A DNA stretch of 60,657 bases from a bacterium (GCA_963656505.1 CAVKJM010000002.1:1-60657), one strand, 5' to 3'. Positions 10,149-21,967 are shown, counted from the first letter of the stretch. Numbers and translations: made by a program. The notes: a model not told the origin generated them from the sequence alone.

Positions 10149-10457
10149 GGTAACGGGTTTACCTAAAACGTAGCTTAGGGCTTGAGATAAAGAGATCCAA
10201 ATGGTGGTCTCTTTATCTTTAGAAGAAAGCCATTTGCCGCCCTCGAAGTAAAAGCGAGAGCCGCCTGCGCGACTTGCTAGCCAAACTTCAAAAGTCGGCG
10301 TATGGCGATTGATGACGATTTGGTCTCCGGCCTCAGTTTCTAATGTGAGAACATTTCCAGCGCGGCTTGATTCAATATCAAAGTCAAGCCCGTCTACTGC
10401 GTCTTCGATTTTCGAAAAAAGTGCCTCAGAAAGTTCATCAAATTCGGATTCAAGCAT
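10128..10457 (-). CDS. cyaY: Iron donor protein CyaY (frataxin)
   Basis: Acidic N-helix, 'GNVLTL', 'IVINRH', 'EVWLASRAGG'. Confidence 0.93.
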   Translation of the reverse strand: MLESEFDELSEALFSKIEDAVDGLDFDIESSRAGNVLTLETEAGDQIVINRHTPTFEVWLASRAGGSRFYFEGGKWLSSKDKETTIWISLSQALSYVLGKPVTLENLVA

Positions 10458-10473
10458 CGCTTTTCTCCTTACC

Positions 10474-11472
10474 TTAAAACGGTGTCTTCCAAGGAACGAC
10501 CTTCATCCACAAAGGTCGAATCTCTTTTTCCGCATCCAGTGTTATCGCAGGCTTACTAAGAATCTCTTTAACAGAAGGGCCTTCGTCGACTTTTTCTTTC
10601 TTCTCAAAATTCGTAAAGTCAAAAATCGATTTGTCTGATAACTGCGAGGGACTCACGCGCGTCGTGCTCATAAAGAGGTTATAGATGCGACTATCAAATT
10701 TTTTGTCCCACTCATTTAAAAGCGCTTTTATTTCTTGGCGCTTTTTATTTTCGGATGCCCCACAAAGGTGCTTAGGCGCAAGAGGATACTCACGAATCTT
10801 GGCCCATTTAGCGGTTTCATATTCACGAATATAAATGAGGGGCCGAATGACGATATTTGTCTTATCGTCACTTCTTAATACGGGGGGCATGGCTTTAATA
10901 CGGCCGCCGTAAAACATATTAAGAAGCAAGGTTGAAACCACATCATCCATCTGGTGGCCCAAGGCAATTTTGGTGCACTTTAATTCGCGAGCGACGCGAT
11001 AAAGAATGCCGCGGCGAAGGCGGGCGCACAAAGAGCAAACATTTTTCCCTGAAGGGATTAAGCGCTCAACAATACTATGCGTGTCTTGCGATTCAATGTG
11101 ATAGGGAACGCCCGTTTTCTTTAAGAAAGCCTCGATAGAAGCGGGGTCAGATCCTGGGATATGTTGGTCGATGTGAACGGCGAGCAATTCAAAATGTACG
11201 GGAGCTCTTTTTTGAAGTTTCTGTAGCGTTTCAAGTAAGACGTAGCTATCTTTGCCACCACTCATGGCAACAAGAATTTTGTCGCCTTCGACAATCATGT
11301 TGTAATCAAGAATCGCTTGCGCGGTAAGGCGCACGATGCGCTTTTCGAGTTTACGCACAGAAACCGAGGCGTGCGTGTGAACTCCTGGGGCAACTTCGAT
11401 AGATTTTTTGTTGTCCCTATCGTTACGGGCGGTTTTTTCTGAGCCGCTTTTTTGTTGTGTTATTTCCGTCAT
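10474..11472 (-). CDS. ttcA: tRNA 2-thiocytidine(32) synthetase TtcA
   Basis: PP-loop 'SGGKDS', 'CSLCARLRRG', 'ALGH', 'IRPL'. Confidence 0.95.
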   Translation of the reverse strand: MTEITQQKSGSEKTARNDRDNKKSIEVAPGVHTHASVSVRKLEKRIVRLTAQAILDYNMIVEGDKILVAMSGGKDSYVLLETLQKLQKRAPVHFELLAVHIDQHIPGSDPASIEAFLKKTGVPYHIESQDTHSIVERLIPSGKNVCSLCARLRRGILYRVARELKCTKIALGHQMDDVVSTLLLNMFYGGRIKAMPPVLRSDDKTNIVIRPLIYIREYETAKWAKIREYPLAPKHLCGASENKKRQEIKALLNEWDKKFDSRIYNLFMSTTRVSPSQLSDKSIFDFTNFEKKEKVDEGPSVKEILSKPAITLDAEKEIRPLWMKVVPWKTPF

Positions 11473-11855
11473 TATTGTCTCTGGCGAAAAATTTCAATTC
11501 CGATACTTTTAGCTTTAGCGATGGCTTGCGTTTTTCGTGTAGCAATACGTGTTGCCACAATACGACTATCGCTAAGAAGTTCCTGAGCAATGTGATTGGC
11601 CAATGTTTCTTGCAATTCAATGTGGCCTAAACGTAAGGCGTTTTCTATCGCATCCACAATGGTGCGATAGTCATAAACAGCACTTAAGTCGTCGGAGTCA
11701 ATCGGAGAATCTTTAACCCAAACATCGACTGAAATGAGAACCTCTTGTGTGCGATGTTTTTCAGATTCAAGCGCACCAATCCTTGCTTGAACTTTGTAGT
11801 CTTCCAAGCAAATCCGACGGCACTGAGTAAGAAGATATTCTTCAAGTTCTGTCAT
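11472..11855 (-). CDS. folB: Dihydroneopterin aldolase
   Basis: 'IG..E.E...Q', 'YDY', 'LQETLA'; usual neighbour of ttcA. Confidence 0.88.
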   Translation of the reverse strand: MTELEEYLLTQCRRICLEDYKVQARIGALESEKHRTQEVLISVDVWVKDSPIDSDDLSAVYDYRTIVDAIENALRLGHIELQETLANHIAQELLSDSRIVATRIATRKTQAIAKAKSIGIEIFRQRQ

Positions 11856-12940
11856 TGTTTAAGAGCCTTTTCAATCGCGTTAAGGCGCGCCGCATCAATC
11901 TTTTCTTTCAGTTCTTTTCCTGAAGATTCTTTGACAAGTGAAGCGATATCGACATTGACGTACGCTTCGGAAAGCCTCTTAAGGCATGCGAGATTAAAAC
12001 TTGGAGTAAAAAGCGTCAAAGTTTTTAGAAATGTCTCAAGCCGATTTGGACGCCGAATTAAATCGAAAGATTGCAACACGCAAAAGTAATCTTTGGCGCT
12101 TTTGGCTTTTAATGTTGCTTCGCGATTGCGCACAAAGACAGTTAACGCGTCGCTTACGTCACTTGGGAATTTGTGGCGCTCGCAAAAGTCAGCAAGAGCC
12201 GCTAGCGGCACATTTGAAAAAAGAATCGCAGCGCGAACAGGAAGGGGCGTGCCATTTTGAGCGGCTAAAGACAAAGCGTTTCTTAGCGCCATATCAATTG
12301 AAGCTTCGGGAAAGGCACGAGGCCAGAAGCCCGCTTCCAAAAGAACATCAAGCATCCGAGTCGGAGAGACTTCCATAAGGCCGCGCGAGATTTCTGCGTA
12401 GACGCGTTCTGCGACTAAGTGATCGGTTTCCCCTGAATCCACCATTTCTTTTACGAGAGCCAGTGTTTCTGGTGCTACAGAAAAATCAGGAAGACGTGCC
12501 GCAAACCGCGCTAAGCGCAAAAGCCGCACAGGGTCTTCAAGAAAAGCCTCACTTACGTGGCGTAGCGTTTTGGTTTCGATATCTTTAACTCCGCCAAAGG
12601 GATCAATAAGATTTCCTCGCTCATCTTGAGCGATGGCATTGATTGTGAGGTCGCGGCGCGCGAGATCTTCTTCAATCGTAACGTCGCAAGATGTATAAAA
12701 ACTAAAGCCGTGATAGCCGTGACTTGTTTTGCGTTCGGTTCTCGCGAGCGCATACTCTTCATGCGTTTTCGGATGCAGAAAAACAGGGAAATCCTTCCCA
12801 ACGGGAAGAAAGCCCTTTTTTGTCATCTCCTCAGGGCTCGATCCCACGACAACCCAATCTTTGTCGCCAGTAGCAACATTGTGCCCGGTGTGGCGCAAAA
12901 GATTGTCGCGAACGGCTCCTCCTACAAGATACGTTTTCAT
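11852..12940 (-). CDS. cca: CCA-adding tRNA nucleotidyltransferase (short form)
   Basis: 'YLVGGAVRD', 'DKDWVV', 'EYALARTE', 'RRDLTINA', 'EDPVR'. Confidence 0.95.
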   Translation of the reverse strand: MKTYLVGGAVRDNLLRHTGHNVATGDKDWVVVGSSPEEMTKKGFLPVGKDFPVFLHPKTHEEYALARTERKTSHGYHGFSFYTSCDVTIEEDLARRDLTINAIAQDERGNLIDPFGGVKDIETKTLRHVSEAFLEDPVRLLRLARFAARLPDFSVAPETLALVKEMVDSGETDHLVAERVYAEISRGLMEVSPTRMLDVLLEAGFWPRAFPEASIDMALRNALSLAAQNGTPLPVRAAILFSNVPLAALADFCERHKFPSDVSDALTVFVRNREATLKAKSAKDYFCVLQSFDLIRRPNRLETFLKTLTLFTPSFNLACLKRLSEAYVNVDIASLVKESSGKELKEKIDAARLNAIEKALKQ

Positions 12941-15900
12941 GAGGCTTTTTTCTCCGAGGTTTCGGGCGTTTCTTTGTGTGTTGAAAGGAACTTTTTCAGT
13001 GCTTGGCCTGTTGGTGTTTTGTGCTGAGCAATTTCAAAAGGCGCACCTTTGCCCACAATCGCCCCTCCTGCCGCTCCCCCTTCGGGGCCCAAATCAATGA
13101 CGTAGTCAGATTCGGCAATGAGATCTAAATTGTGTTCGACCACAAGCACAGTATGCCCTGCATCCACAAGGGTATGCAATACGGAAATGAGTTTTTCTAC
13201 GTCGGCCATATGTAGCCCGACTGTAGGCTCATCGAAAATGTAGAAGGTTTCGATGCGACGATGCGTGCGAAGCGATGTGACGGCTTTCGCTAGTTCACTG
13301 ACAAGTTTGATGCGCTGCGCTTCACCACCCGATAGTGTTGTAGAAGGCTGCCCGAGTTTGAGGTAGCCAAGTCCCACATCTTGCAATAAACGAAGTTTGT
13401 TCGCGATGGCTCTGTTTGTTTCAAAGACAGTAAGCGCCTCGTCCACACTCATTTGTAAAACGTCGCCAATCGAATACCCACGCCAGAGAGCGGTTAATGT
13501 CTCCTCGTTAAAGCGCGAACCCTTACAAGCCTCACAGGTTTGCTTCATATCGGGTAAGAAATTCATCTCAACAGTTGTCTGTCCTTGGCCACCGCAAACA
13601 AGGCAATTGCCTTCATCGACGTTAAAAGAAAAGCGCGAGATGCCCCAGCCGTGCTCTTTGGCTACAGTGGTTTCTGCAAAAAGCTGACGAATAGGCGTGT
13701 AAAGGCCGATATAGGTTGCTGGGCACGAGCGCGGCGTCTTTCCAATTGGTGTTTGATCGACTTCAAGTACGCGCTGAATCGTTTCATAACCAAAAATCGA
13801 TCTGCAGTTTGTCGGCTTGATTTTCTTTTCTCCCTTCGAGCGAAGGGCTTCAACAGCCGCTTTTAAATTCGGCAAAAGAACACTGCGTGCCAGCGTGGAT
13901 TTTCCTGAACCAGAAACGCCTGTAATTGCGATTAATCGACCGAGAGGAAAGCGCACTGTAATGTTTTTTAGGTTATGCAGTGACGCGTTTGTAATGAAAA
14001 TTTCGGGATCTGCACCGCTAACGGGGTGTCTAGGAATTCCTGTATGCACCAAGGGATGTTTGAGACATTGCCCTGTGATACTTTCTTTACAGTCAGCAAT
14101 CTCCTTTAAGGAGCCTTCAATCACAAGCGATCCCCCACGGCTACCAGCTCCTGGCCCAATATCGACAATATGATCGGCGTGACGAATCATGTCTTCGTCG
14201 TGTTCGACAACAATGACTGTGTTGCCTTTTTCTTTCAGTGAGATAAGACTTGAAATAAGGCGAGCGTTGTCTCTAGCGTGCAGCCCAATTGTTGGTTCAT
14301 CGAGAACGTAGCAAACGCCTTGCAAGTTATTGCCCAATTGCGAGGCAAGGCGAATGCGTTGGGATTCGCCACCAGAGAGCGTTGGTGCAGCGCGATCTAA
14401 AGTGAGATACCCAAGACCAACTTCGTTTAGGAAACGCAGTTTGGAAAGGATTTCTTTAATGGGCGCCTCACCGATTGCTTTATCGCGCCCAGTAAGCGTC
14501 ATCGAAGAAAAGACATCAATGGCTTTCTCAACGGTAAGAGACGAGAGTTGTCCTATGCGCCAACCATTGAATTGGAAGGCTCGGGCAATGGCGTTTAAAC
14601 GCTCCCCATTGCATTCAGGACAGACGGTAGTTTTCGTCGATATGTTCTTTGTATCCTCTGGATCAAAGCCATCAAGTTGCCAACCGTAAACCTCTCCTGA
14701 GCCAGCGCATTTGGGGCACCAACCTAAAGAACTGTTGTAAGAAAAGAGTTGTGGATCGGGTTCTGGGAAACTCCAACCGCATTTGGGACAAGCCCGTTTA
14801 ATGGAAAAGGTTTTATGTCCCTCCATATCTTTTCCAGCGGCGTTTTTCATCGGGAAGTACACATCCATAAGACCATCGCCTCGGTTAAGCGTACGAGAGA
14901 TAGCGCTCCGGAGTTCTTCTTCGTGACCAGCGTCAATTTTTAATGTGGCAGTGGGCATCTCGATTGTGTGCAGAGAATAACGAGAAAGCTGAGGGAAGTT
15001 TTCCGTACTAAGCCAATGACCATCAACGCGTAATCTTGTAATCCCTGAGTTTCGTGCTTGAGAGACAATTTCGACGTAAGAGCCTTTTCGAGCTCGAACA
15101 ATGGGAGCGGTGAGGATAACGCTTTTACCGGCAAGAGTTTTCAATATAGAAGCAAAGATGGACTCTTGTGTCTGAGGTCTTACGGGGATGCCGCAATCGG
15201 GGCAATACTGCACGCCAAGCTTGGCGTAAAGAAGCCTTAAATACTGTTGAATTTCTGTTTGCGTTGCGACAGTGGATTTGTGGCCGCCTTGGCTGATGCG
15301 TTGCTCGATAGCCACGGTCGGTGCGATTCCCACAAGGGCATCAATATCGGGAGCCGCTGCGGGCTGCACCATAGAACGCGCGTAGGCATTAAATGTTTCA
15401 AGATAGCGGCGTTGCCCTTCGGCGAAAATCACGCCAAAAGCAAGAGTGGATTTCCCAGAGCCCGAAATCCCTGTGACGACAGAAAGTTTTCTTCTTGGGA
15501 TAACAACATCGATATTTTTTAGATTGTTTTCTCGTGCGCCAAAGATTCCTAAGTCACCGGTTTTCGCTTCGCGCCAAATAGACTGCAATGAGCGCCCCAT
15601 CTCTTTGGGTTTCGGAGTGGGTTTAGCAAAAAGACCAGTCATCGTGAGGCTTGGGTCAATACGTGTCTTACGGTAAGCGGCTAGAGCAAGGCCAGTCCAA
15701 GTTTTTTCTTTTGCTATCGCATCGGGAGTCCCTGTGGAAACGATTTCGCCACCTGCGTCGCCTCCTTCAGGGCCCAAATCAATAACCCAATCGCTTGCAT
15801 CAATCACATCGAGGTTGTGCTCAATGAGAATGACAGAAGCCCCCGATTGCGTTAAGCGTCTAAGAGCCGAAAGAAGTTTCGCGATATCGTCAAAGTGAAG

Positions 15901-18585
15901 TCCCGTTGTGGGTTCATCAAGGATGTAAAGGTGAGCCGCGGCAACGGTCATGGACTTAGATTTTGCGAGTTCTCCAGCGAGTTTGATGCGCTGCGCTTCG
16001 CCTCCTGATAGTGTCGGAAGAGGCTGCCCGAGCTTGATGTAACCCAATCCCACTTCTTCAAGCGGCATAAGGGCTTGCACAATATCGAGATTCTTTTCGA
16101 AGTATCGAAGTGCTTCGGAAACTGTCATATCAAGGACGTCTGCAATCGAGCGATTCTTTTTGCCATCGCGATTGATGGTGACTTCAAGAATCTCAGGTCG
16201 ATAGCGCTTGCCGTTGCAATCTGGGCACCGTAAGTACACATCACTTAAAAATTGCATCTCCACGTGCTCAAAACCTGAACCCTGACAGGTGGGACATTGG
16301 CCGAGTTCGGAATTGAAACTAAAGTGGCCTGCGGTGTAGTCTCTGTCGCGCGCTTTTTGTGTGTTAGCGAAAACCTTACGAATCCCATCGAAGGCGCCGA
16401 CATAAATCGCTGGTGTCGATCGCGTTGTTTTGGAAATTGCGCTTTGATCGATGATGTGCACATCGACGAGCTCTTCTTGGCCTCGAATGGATTTGTAGGC
16501 GGGTTTTGGTGCCGCACGCCCAAAGTAGCGTTCAAGTAAAGGAAAAAGCGTATCGACAACAAGCGTTGATTTGCCAGAGCCCGAAACCCCTGTGACGGTT
16601 GTGATGCAACCAAGCGGGAAGCGCACGTTAACGCTTTTTAGATTGTGTTCTGTAGCCCCTGTGATTTCGAGCCATTTGGTGCTTTCATTCGGGGGCGTTT
16701 GCTTTAAATCGATTGCAATCGATTTTTTTCCACTTAAATATTGTCCCGTAAGAGAAGGCGCCTTGCGTAATTCTTTTGGCGTTCCATCAAAAACAATTTG
16801 TCCGCCATTGACTCCCGCGCCTGGCCCCATATCGACAATGCGGTCTGCGGCAAGCATCACTTGTGGATCGTGCTCGACAACAACGAGGGTGTTACCTGCG
16901 TCTCTGAGATTTTCTAAAAGCGCATTGACGCGATCCATGTCTCTTGGATGCAATCCCACAGACGGCTCATCAAGAACAAAAAGCGTATCCACAAGGTTGG
17001 TTCCAAGGGCTGTGGTGAGATTGACGCGCTGGATTTCGCCGCCCGACAAAGTGCGGCTCTGACGGTCTAATGTGAGGTATCCTAATCCCACATTCATCAA
17101 GTAACTCAATCGTGTGCGAATTTGGCTCACAACAAGGGCTCCTGCCTCATCGAGATTTTCTTTGGCAAGCGAATCAAAAAACTTTTGCAATTGCGAAATC
17201 GGCAAAAGCATCAAGTCATAAAGAGTGAGCCCTGGAATGTTTTTGATGTTTTTCTTTATCCCTGGGGCTTCTGGCGGCAAGAATCGTCCTCTTGAGCCAA
17301 GAGCGACGTCGGCGGCTTCCCGACTTCCGATGCGCCAAAGAAGCGAAGCCGGTTTCATACGAGAGCCACCGCATCTGGGGCAGGGTTGATAGGTGCGATA
17401 GCGAGAAAGCAACACACGAATCGGAAGGTTGTAGGACTTACTTTCGAGATAATCAAAAAAGCGTCTGACACCAGCCCAGTGCGTTGAGAAGTTTCCGTTC
17501 CAATTGGGATCTCCATCGATAACCCAACGTTTGGACCAATCGCTTAAATAAGCGAAGTGGCAGTAATTAGGGATTCTGTGTTCTTCGGCAAAGTGCATCA
17601 GCGACTTTTGCCACTCTTCATAGGCTCCGCCCTTAGCCCAAGGTCTGATGCAGCCATCTTTGAGTGATTTATTTGAATCGATTACAAGATCCATGTCGAT
17701 ATCGATGATTCGACCAAATCCGTGGCAAATAGGGCAAGCACCAAGTGGTGAGTTAAAACTAAAAAGCGCAGAGTTCGGTTTGGAGTAGGAAATGTTGCAG
17801 GCCGCACATGCCAGTCCTGTCACATAGGGCCAAAGAGCTTCAGAGCCGTCTTCAAAAAGCGCGTGAACAGCAAACTTGTTGGCGTATTCGCCTCTGCTAC
17901 TTTTTAACGCCGTTTCGATGGCTTCAATGGCGCGAGATTGGTCGGCTTTTGAGGCACGGAAGCGGTCGACAACAACGGAAAGAAGCGTGCCTTGACGGGT
18001 ATTCCTTTCTGCATGAATGCGCGTAAAGCCTTGAGACGATAAGGCGTTAGTCACGAAATCGCGCGTTAGTTTTTTTGGAAAGAAAACATCAAACGTGACA
18101 ACAAGACGTGGGTCGCCCGCTTTTTCTGCGCGCTCTTTGATGTCGTCCCACATATCAAAGGCGTTTCTAACTTTGACAGCTTCTCCGCAAGAGCGACAAA
18201 AGAGATTTGCCTCACGAGAAAAAAGGAGTTTTAAGTGATCGTTAATCTCAGTCATCGTTCCAACTGTGGAACGAGACGTGCGAACCGCGTTACTTTGATT
18301 GATAGCAATCGCTGGCGGTATTCCTTTAATGCTATCGACTGCGGGCTGATCGCGACGATCTAAGAATTGACGCACGTAAGCGCTAAAGGTTTCGACGTAA
18401 CGGCGTTGACCCTCTGAATAAAGCGTATCGAACGCAAGAGAACTCTTTCCTGATCCCGAAGGCCCCGTAATCACGGTCCACGTATAAGGTTTGATATCAA
18501 GATCGATATTTTTCAGGTTGTTCTGTCGTGCGCCCCGAATTTGAATCGTCTCGGCAAATCTTTTAGCGGTATCTTGTTCTGTCAT
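12937..18585 (-). CDS. uvrA: Excinuclease ABC subunit A, double-length form (~1880 aa)
   Basis: Four Walker A motifs ([32 protein letters not shown]), four LSGGE signatures and repeated CxxC zinc modules; start set at MTEQ (18585), next to the apaH stop. Confidence 0.95.
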   Translation of the reverse strand: MTEQDTAKRFAETIQIRGARQNNLKNIDLDIKPYTWTVITGPSGSGKSSLAFDTLYSEGQRRYVETFSAYVRQFLDRRDQPAVDSIKGIPPAIAINQSNAVRTSRSTVGTMTEINDHLKLLFSREANLFCRSCGEAVKVRNAFDMWDDIKERAEKAGDPRLVVTFDVFFPKKLTRDFVTNALSSQGFTRIHAERNTRQGTLLSVVVDRFRASKADQSRAIEAIETALKSSRGEYANKFAVHALFEDGSEALWPYVTGLACAACNISYSKPNSALFSFNSPLGACPICHGFGRIIDIDMDLVIDSNKSLKDGCIRPWAKGGAYEEWQKSLMHFAEEHRIPNYCHFAYLSDWSKRWVIDGDPNWNGNFSTHWAGVRRFFDYLESKSYNLPIRVLLSRYRTYQPCPRCGGSRMKPASLLWRIGSREAADVALGSRGRFLPPEAPGIKKNIKNIPGLTLYDLMLLPISQLQKFFDSLAKENLDEAGALVVSQIRTRLSYLMNVGLGYLTLDRQSRTLSGGEIQRVNLTTALGTNLVDTLFVLDEPSVGLHPRDMDRVNALLENLRDAGNTLVVVEHDPQVMLAADRIVDMGPGAGVNGGQIVFDGTPKELRKAPSLTGQYLSGKKSIAIDLKQTPPNESTKWLEITGATEHNLKSVNVRFPLGCITTVTGVSGSGKSTLVVDTLFPLLERYFGRAAPKPAYKSIRGQEELVDVHIIDQSAISKTTRSTPAIYVGAFDGIRKVFANTQKARDRDYTAGHFSFNSELGQCPTCQGSGFEHVEMQFLSDVYLRCPDCNGKRYRPEILEVTINRDGKKNRSIADVLDMTVSEALRYFEKNLDIVQALMPLEEVGLGYIKLGQPLPTLSGGEAQRIKLAGELAKSKSMTVAAAHLYILDEPTTGLHFDDIAKLLSALRRLTQSGASVILIEHNLDVIDASDWVIDLGPEGGDAGGEIVSTGTPDAIAKEKTWTGLALAAYRKTRIDPSLTMTGLFAKPTPKPKEMGRSLQSIWREAKTGDLGIFGARENNLKNIDVVIPRRKLSVVTGISGSGKSTLAFGVIFAEGQRRYLETFNAYARSMVQPAAAPDIDALVGIAPTVAIEQRISQGGHKSTVATQTEIQQYLRLLYAKLGVQYCPDCGIPVRPQTQESIFASILKTLAGKSVILTAPIVRARKGSYVEIVSQARNSGITRLRVDGHWLSTENFPQLSRYSLHTIEMPTATLKIDAGHEEELRSAISRTLNRGDGLMDVYFPMKNAAGKDMEGHKTFSIKRACPKCGWSFPEPDPQLFSYNSSLGWCPKCAGSGEVYGWQLDGFDPEDTKNISTKTTVCPECNGERLNAIARAFQFNGWRIGQLSSLTVEKAIDVFSSMTLTGRDKAIGEAPIKEILSKLRFLNEVGLGYLTLDRAAPTLSGGESQRIRLASQLGNNLQGVCYVLDEPTIGLHARDNARLISSLISLKEKGNTVIVVEHDEDMIRHADHIVDIGPGAGSRGGSLVIEGSLKEIADCKESITGQCLKHPLVHTGIPRHPVSGADPEIFITNASLHNLKNITVRFPLGRLIAITGVSGSGKSTLARSVLLPNLKAAVEALRSKGEKKIKPTNCRSIFGYETIQRVLEVDQTPIGKTPRSCPATYIGLYTPIRQLFAETTVAKEHGWGISRFSFNVDEGNCLVCGGQGQTTVEMNFLPDMKQTCEACKGSRFNEETLTALWRGYSIGDVLQMSVDEALTVFETNRAIANKLRLLQDVGLGYLKLGQPSTTLSGGEAQRIKLVSELAKAVTSLRTHRRIETFYIFDEPTVGLHMADVEKLISVLHTLVDAGHTVLVVEHNLDLIAESDYVIDLGPEGGAAGGAIVGKGAPFEIAQHKTPTGQALKKFLSTHKETPETSEKKAS

Positions 18586-18590
18586 ATGCA

Positions 18591-19409
18591 TTAGGCGCCA
18601 GGATTGGCCCAACACGGGCACGGTTCTTGATAAAGACGTTTGTCGGTAAGTCGTACAGCTGAAAGCGTCCCTCCCCAGAGGCACCCTGTGTCAACGGCGA
18701 TGGTGTTTTCTCGCAAAACAAGACCTAACATCGACCAATGGCCAAAGCAAATTGGTTTCTTAATAAGCCTTGGGACTTCAAACCAGGGAATGTCTCCTGC
18801 GGGCATTTTCGCAAGACCCTCTTTGATGCTGTAGTCGGGTGTGAGATCATTTTTTAGAAACCGCGTTCTCGTAAAGGCATTCAAGATGCTCCGCAATCGT
18901 GCCTCGCCTGTGAGCGAGTCGCAGTAAACATCATTGCCATACATATGTTGAAGAGCCGTTTTCCAACCCGTCCCTGTAAGAGAAAGCGAGGCTTCTTGAG
19001 AAAGAGCTAGGACTTTTTCAAGATCCCACTGCGGAGGAATTCCTGCGTGAACAAATAAAGCCTCTTCGGTATTAAGTACTAGCGGCTGCGAGGCAAGCCA
19101 ATCTAAAAGCTCTTCGCGGTCTGGGGCTTCTAAGATATCTGTGATGGTGTCGTGAGCCGATGGAGTCTTTCCAGTGGCGGCTACGGCAAGCAAATGCAAA
19201 TCATGATTGCCAAGAATGATTCGAGCGCGATTTTTCTCACAAAGGTCTTTGACAAACCGTAGCGTTTTAAGTGAATCGGGACCGCGGTTCACAATGTCAC
19301 CAAGAAAAACAAGAGACGACAAGCGAGGCAGTTGATCTAAAAGCCCCATTAAGCTTTCAAAACAACCCTGTAGGTCGCCTATTGCAATCAAACTTTCTTT
19401 ACTTGCCAT
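18591..19409 (-). CDS. apaH: Symmetrical bis(5'-nucleosyl)-tetraphosphatase
   Basis: 'GDLQGC', 'GDIVNRGP', 'LGNHDLH', 'VHAG', 'FGHW', 'DTGCLWGG'. Confidence 0.96.
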   Translation of the reverse strand: MASKESLIAIGDLQGCFESLMGLLDQLPRLSSLVFLGDIVNRGPDSLKTLRFVKDLCEKNRARIILGNHDLHLLAVAATGKTPSAHDTITDILEAPDREELLDWLASQPLVLNTEEALFVHAGIPPQWDLEKVLALSQEASLSLTGTGWKTALQHMYGNDVYCDSLTGEARLRSILNAFTRTRFLKNDLTPDYSIKEGLAKMPAGDIPWFEVPRLIKKPICFGHWSMLGLVLRENTIAVDTGCLWGGTLSAVRLTDKRLYQEPCPCWANPGA

Positions 19410-19558
19410 GCTCTGGGCTCTTTTATGTGGAAAAACGCAAAATCGAAACTGAGAATGTTCTCTCGGAGACTGTTAAACTGCCTTAGCTAAAACGCAAGCG
19501 CGTTTTGTAAGATTAACCGCCCATTTTATCCGAGAGACTTACTGTTGGGGGAGATGAA

Positions 19559-20398
19559 ATGAAACCAGTTCGTAAGGTCGTATTTCCTGTTGCCGGTCTT
19601 GGCACACGCTTTTTACCAGCCACGAAAGCTATGCCTAAGGAAATGCTTCCTGTTGTCGATAAACCCCTGATTCAGTATGCCGTCGAAGAAGCGGCTCGGG
19701 CAGGGGCTACCGAGATGATTTTCATTACGGGTAAAACCAAGCGCTCGATTGAGGATCATTTCGATCATAACGGCGAGTTGGAGGCCGAACTTTCAAGCAA
19801 AGGAAAAGACGGCCTTTTGAGAATTGTCCAAGAAATCGCGCCGATGGGTGTTCACTTTATCTATATTCGTCAGCCTGCTCCCTTGGGATTAGGGCACGCC
19901 GTACTTTGCGCAGAGCCGATTGTTGGCAATGACCCATTTGGCGTAATTTTGGCTGACGACTTAATCGATGCACATCGCCCGGTTTTAGGGCAGCTTTTTG
20001 AAGCACGCGCTCAAGCTGGTGGCGGAAACGTTTTAGCCGTTCGTGATGTTGCTGCCAATGAAACCCAAAAGTACGGTATTGTGGGTGTGGAAAACGAAGC
20101 CGATTTAACCACACGCGTACACGCGATTGTGGAAAAACCAGCGCCAGAAGTGGCCCCTTCTCACTTAGCCGTTATTGGTCGCTATGTGCTTGAACCGGAA
20201 ATCTTTGATGCACTGCGCCACGTGCAAAAGGGCGCGGGCGGAGAAATCCAATTAACCGATGCCATTGCCTCGGTTCTTGAGACAACGCCAACTTTTGCGC
20301 ATCGTTTTGAAGGCGAGCGATTCGATTGCGGCGATAAGCAAGGCTTTTTGGATGCAACCGTGCACTACGCGCGGCAAGCAGGCTACAAGATTATCTAA
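19559..20398 (+). CDS. galU: UTP--glucose-1-phosphate uridylyltransferase
   Basis: '[22 protein letters not shown]', 'EKP', 'GEIQLTDA'. Confidence 0.97.
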   Translation: MKPVRKVVFPVAGLGTRFLPATKAMPKEMLPVVDKPLIQYAVEEAARAGATEMIFITGKTKRSIEDHFDHNGELEAELSSKGKDGLLRIVQEIAPMGVHFIYIRQPAPLGLGHAVLCAEPIVGNDPFGVILADDLIDAHRPVLGQLFEARAQAGGGNVLAVRDVAANETQKYGIVGVENEADLTTRVHAIVEKPAPEVAPSHLAVIGRYVLEPEIFDALRHVQKGAGGEIQLTDAIASVLETTPTFAHRFEGERFDCGDKQGFLDATVHYARQAGYKII

Positions 20399-20890
20399 TT
20401 AGCCACGAATGCGTTTTAAGAGCGCTGTAGTTGACCGCTGATGCTCAAATGCAACAGTGATGACTTTTGCGCCCCATTGGGTAACGAGTTTTGCTTCGGG
20501 TAAATCTTCGATTCTGTAGTCGCCGCCTTTCACATAGATATCAGGGTGCGCTTCTTCAATCACTTTCAAAGGAACCTTATCGTCGAAAATGACAACAAGG
20601 TCGACGCTTTCAAGCGCGGCAAGAATCGCGGCGCGATCGGCTTCCGTGTTAATCGGGCGGTCGTCTCCTTTACCGAGCATTTTCACGGATTGATCTGAAT
20701 TTACCGCAACAATAAGACTCTTACCTAAAGAGCGGGCTTGTGCCAAATATGTGACATGCCCGCGATGCAAAACATCGAAAACGCCGTTAGTCATTACAAC
20801 GGGGTGATTAAGCGCTTTGGCACGCTCTTTAAGTTCAGAAAAAGTAACGATTTTCTTTTCAAACTCGGGGGTCGGAAGGTGATCGGCCAT
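20399..20890 (-). CDS. rfaE2: D-glycero-beta-D-manno-heptose 1-phosphate adenylyltransferase (RfaE domain II)
   Basis: 'TNGVFDVLHRGH', 'NSD.SV', 'KGGDY', 'STT'. Confidence 0.93.
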   Translation of the reverse strand: MADHLPTPEFEKKIVTFSELKERAKALNHPVVMTNGVFDVLHRGHVTYLAQARSLGKSLIVAVNSDQSVKMLGKGDDRPINTEADRAAILAALESVDLVVIFDDKVPLKVIEEAHPDIYVKGGDYRIEDLPEAKLVTQWGAKVITVAFEHQRSTTALLKRIRG

Positions 20891-20932
20891 GTCTGTATCC
20901 TCTTTTTTGCGCATTTTAAGGAAAGATTTCGC

Positions 20933-20961
20933 TTGATTTTTTCCAAATGACGCTATATAGT
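20933..20961 (+). promoter_or_regulatory. Sigma70-type promoter of the tRNA pair
   Basis: TTGATT-17 nt-TATAGT ending 12 nt before tRNA-Ala. Confidence 0.7.
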
Positions 20962-20973
20962 TCCGACTCCTTT

Positions 20974-21049
<76 letters not shown>

Positions 21050-21058
21050 AAATTTAAG

Positions 21059-21134
21059 GTCCCTATCGTCTAGAGGCCTAGGACACAACCCTTTCACGGT
21101 TGGTACAGCGGTTCGAATCCGCTTAGGGACGCCA
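21059..21134 (+). tRNA. tRNA-Glu(TTC)
   Basis: 76 nt cloverleaf GTCCCTA...TAGGGAC-GCCA, anticodon TTC. Confidence 0.98.
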
Positions 21135-21144
21135 AACGTCGGAG

Positions 21145-21177
21145 AAACCGGAGTCTAAATAGGCCTTCGGTTTTTTT
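21145..21177 (+). terminator. Intrinsic terminator after the tRNAs
   Basis: AAACCGGAG...CTTCGGTTT stem followed by a T run. Confidence 0.75.
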
Positions 21178-21245
21178 ATGGCCGCGAGCGCCAGAAACTT
21201 CTCTACATAAGAGACTCAAAAAGATTCGTAAGTAAGGAAAACGCC

Positions 21246-21857
21246 ATGGACAGTAAGCCCTTTGACCGTTTTAACGACAAACCCCCGAGACGTGACCGTC
21301 GCGAGGGAGGCTTCGGTCGTCGTGATGACCGATTCGATTCAAGGCCTCGGCGTTTTGCCAACGACGATCGCTTTGGCGATGAGGGATTCCGTAGCGACCG
21401 ATTCTCAGATCGCAAAGACCGCTTTGATGACCGTCGTGCGCCGCGCGACCGTTTCGGTGGCGAGGGCCGTGACCGTCGCTTCTCAGATCGCGGCTCGTCA
21501 TTTAATCGCCCGCCTAAGCGCCCATCATTTAGTAAGCAATCGGGTCCAAGAGCCCGTGCTTTTGAAAAGCATCGCTACACAGACCACGCTGCTTTTGTGA
21601 AAACCGCAACCGTGCGTCTTGATGCAGATGTTGCCCAAGCGTTTCGTTCTTCAGAAGCCGTAAACGCGGCGCTTCGTGCGCTTCTTCAAGCCGCTTCTTT
21701 CATTGAAGTGAAAAAAGAGGAAGCCGCAGTTGAAAGTTTAGAAAACGAAAACGTGGAAGCCTTAGACGCCGCTGAAGATGAAGGCGATTTAGAAGTCTCT
21801 GAGGCCGAGGCTGCTGAAGAAAGTAAAGAAGAAGAAACCGCTCCTGAGGCTTCCTAA
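21246..21857 (+). CDS. Hypothetical protein: Arg/Asp-rich low-complexity N-terminus, BrnA-antitoxin-like core, acidic tail
   Basis: SD AAGGA upstream; repeated DRF/DDR/RRD units; 'VRLDADVAQAFRSSEAVNAALRALL'. Confidence 0.8.
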   Translation: MDSKPFDRFNDKPPRRDRREGGFGRRDDRFDSRPRRFANDDRFGDEGFRSDRFSDRKDRFDDRRAPRDRFGGEGRDRRFSDRGSSFNRPPKRPSFSKQSGPRARAFEKHRYTDHAAFVKTATVRLDADVAQAFRSSEAVNAALRALLQAASFIEVKKEEAAVESLENENVEALDAAEDEGDLEVSEAEAAEESKEEETAPEAS

Positions 21858-21967
21858 CCCAAGCCTTTGGAGTAAAAAAGAAACGGGCCACTTTATCTAG
21901 TGGCTCGCAAAACCGAAACTTAAGGGCAAATGAGGCAATTCGGTCTTGTTTTCGCTTGATTTTTCGG

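Noticed and set aside
18586..18684. N-terminal extension of UvrA given in the ORF track
   Set aside because: Overlaps apaH; the ATG next to the apaH stop is a better start
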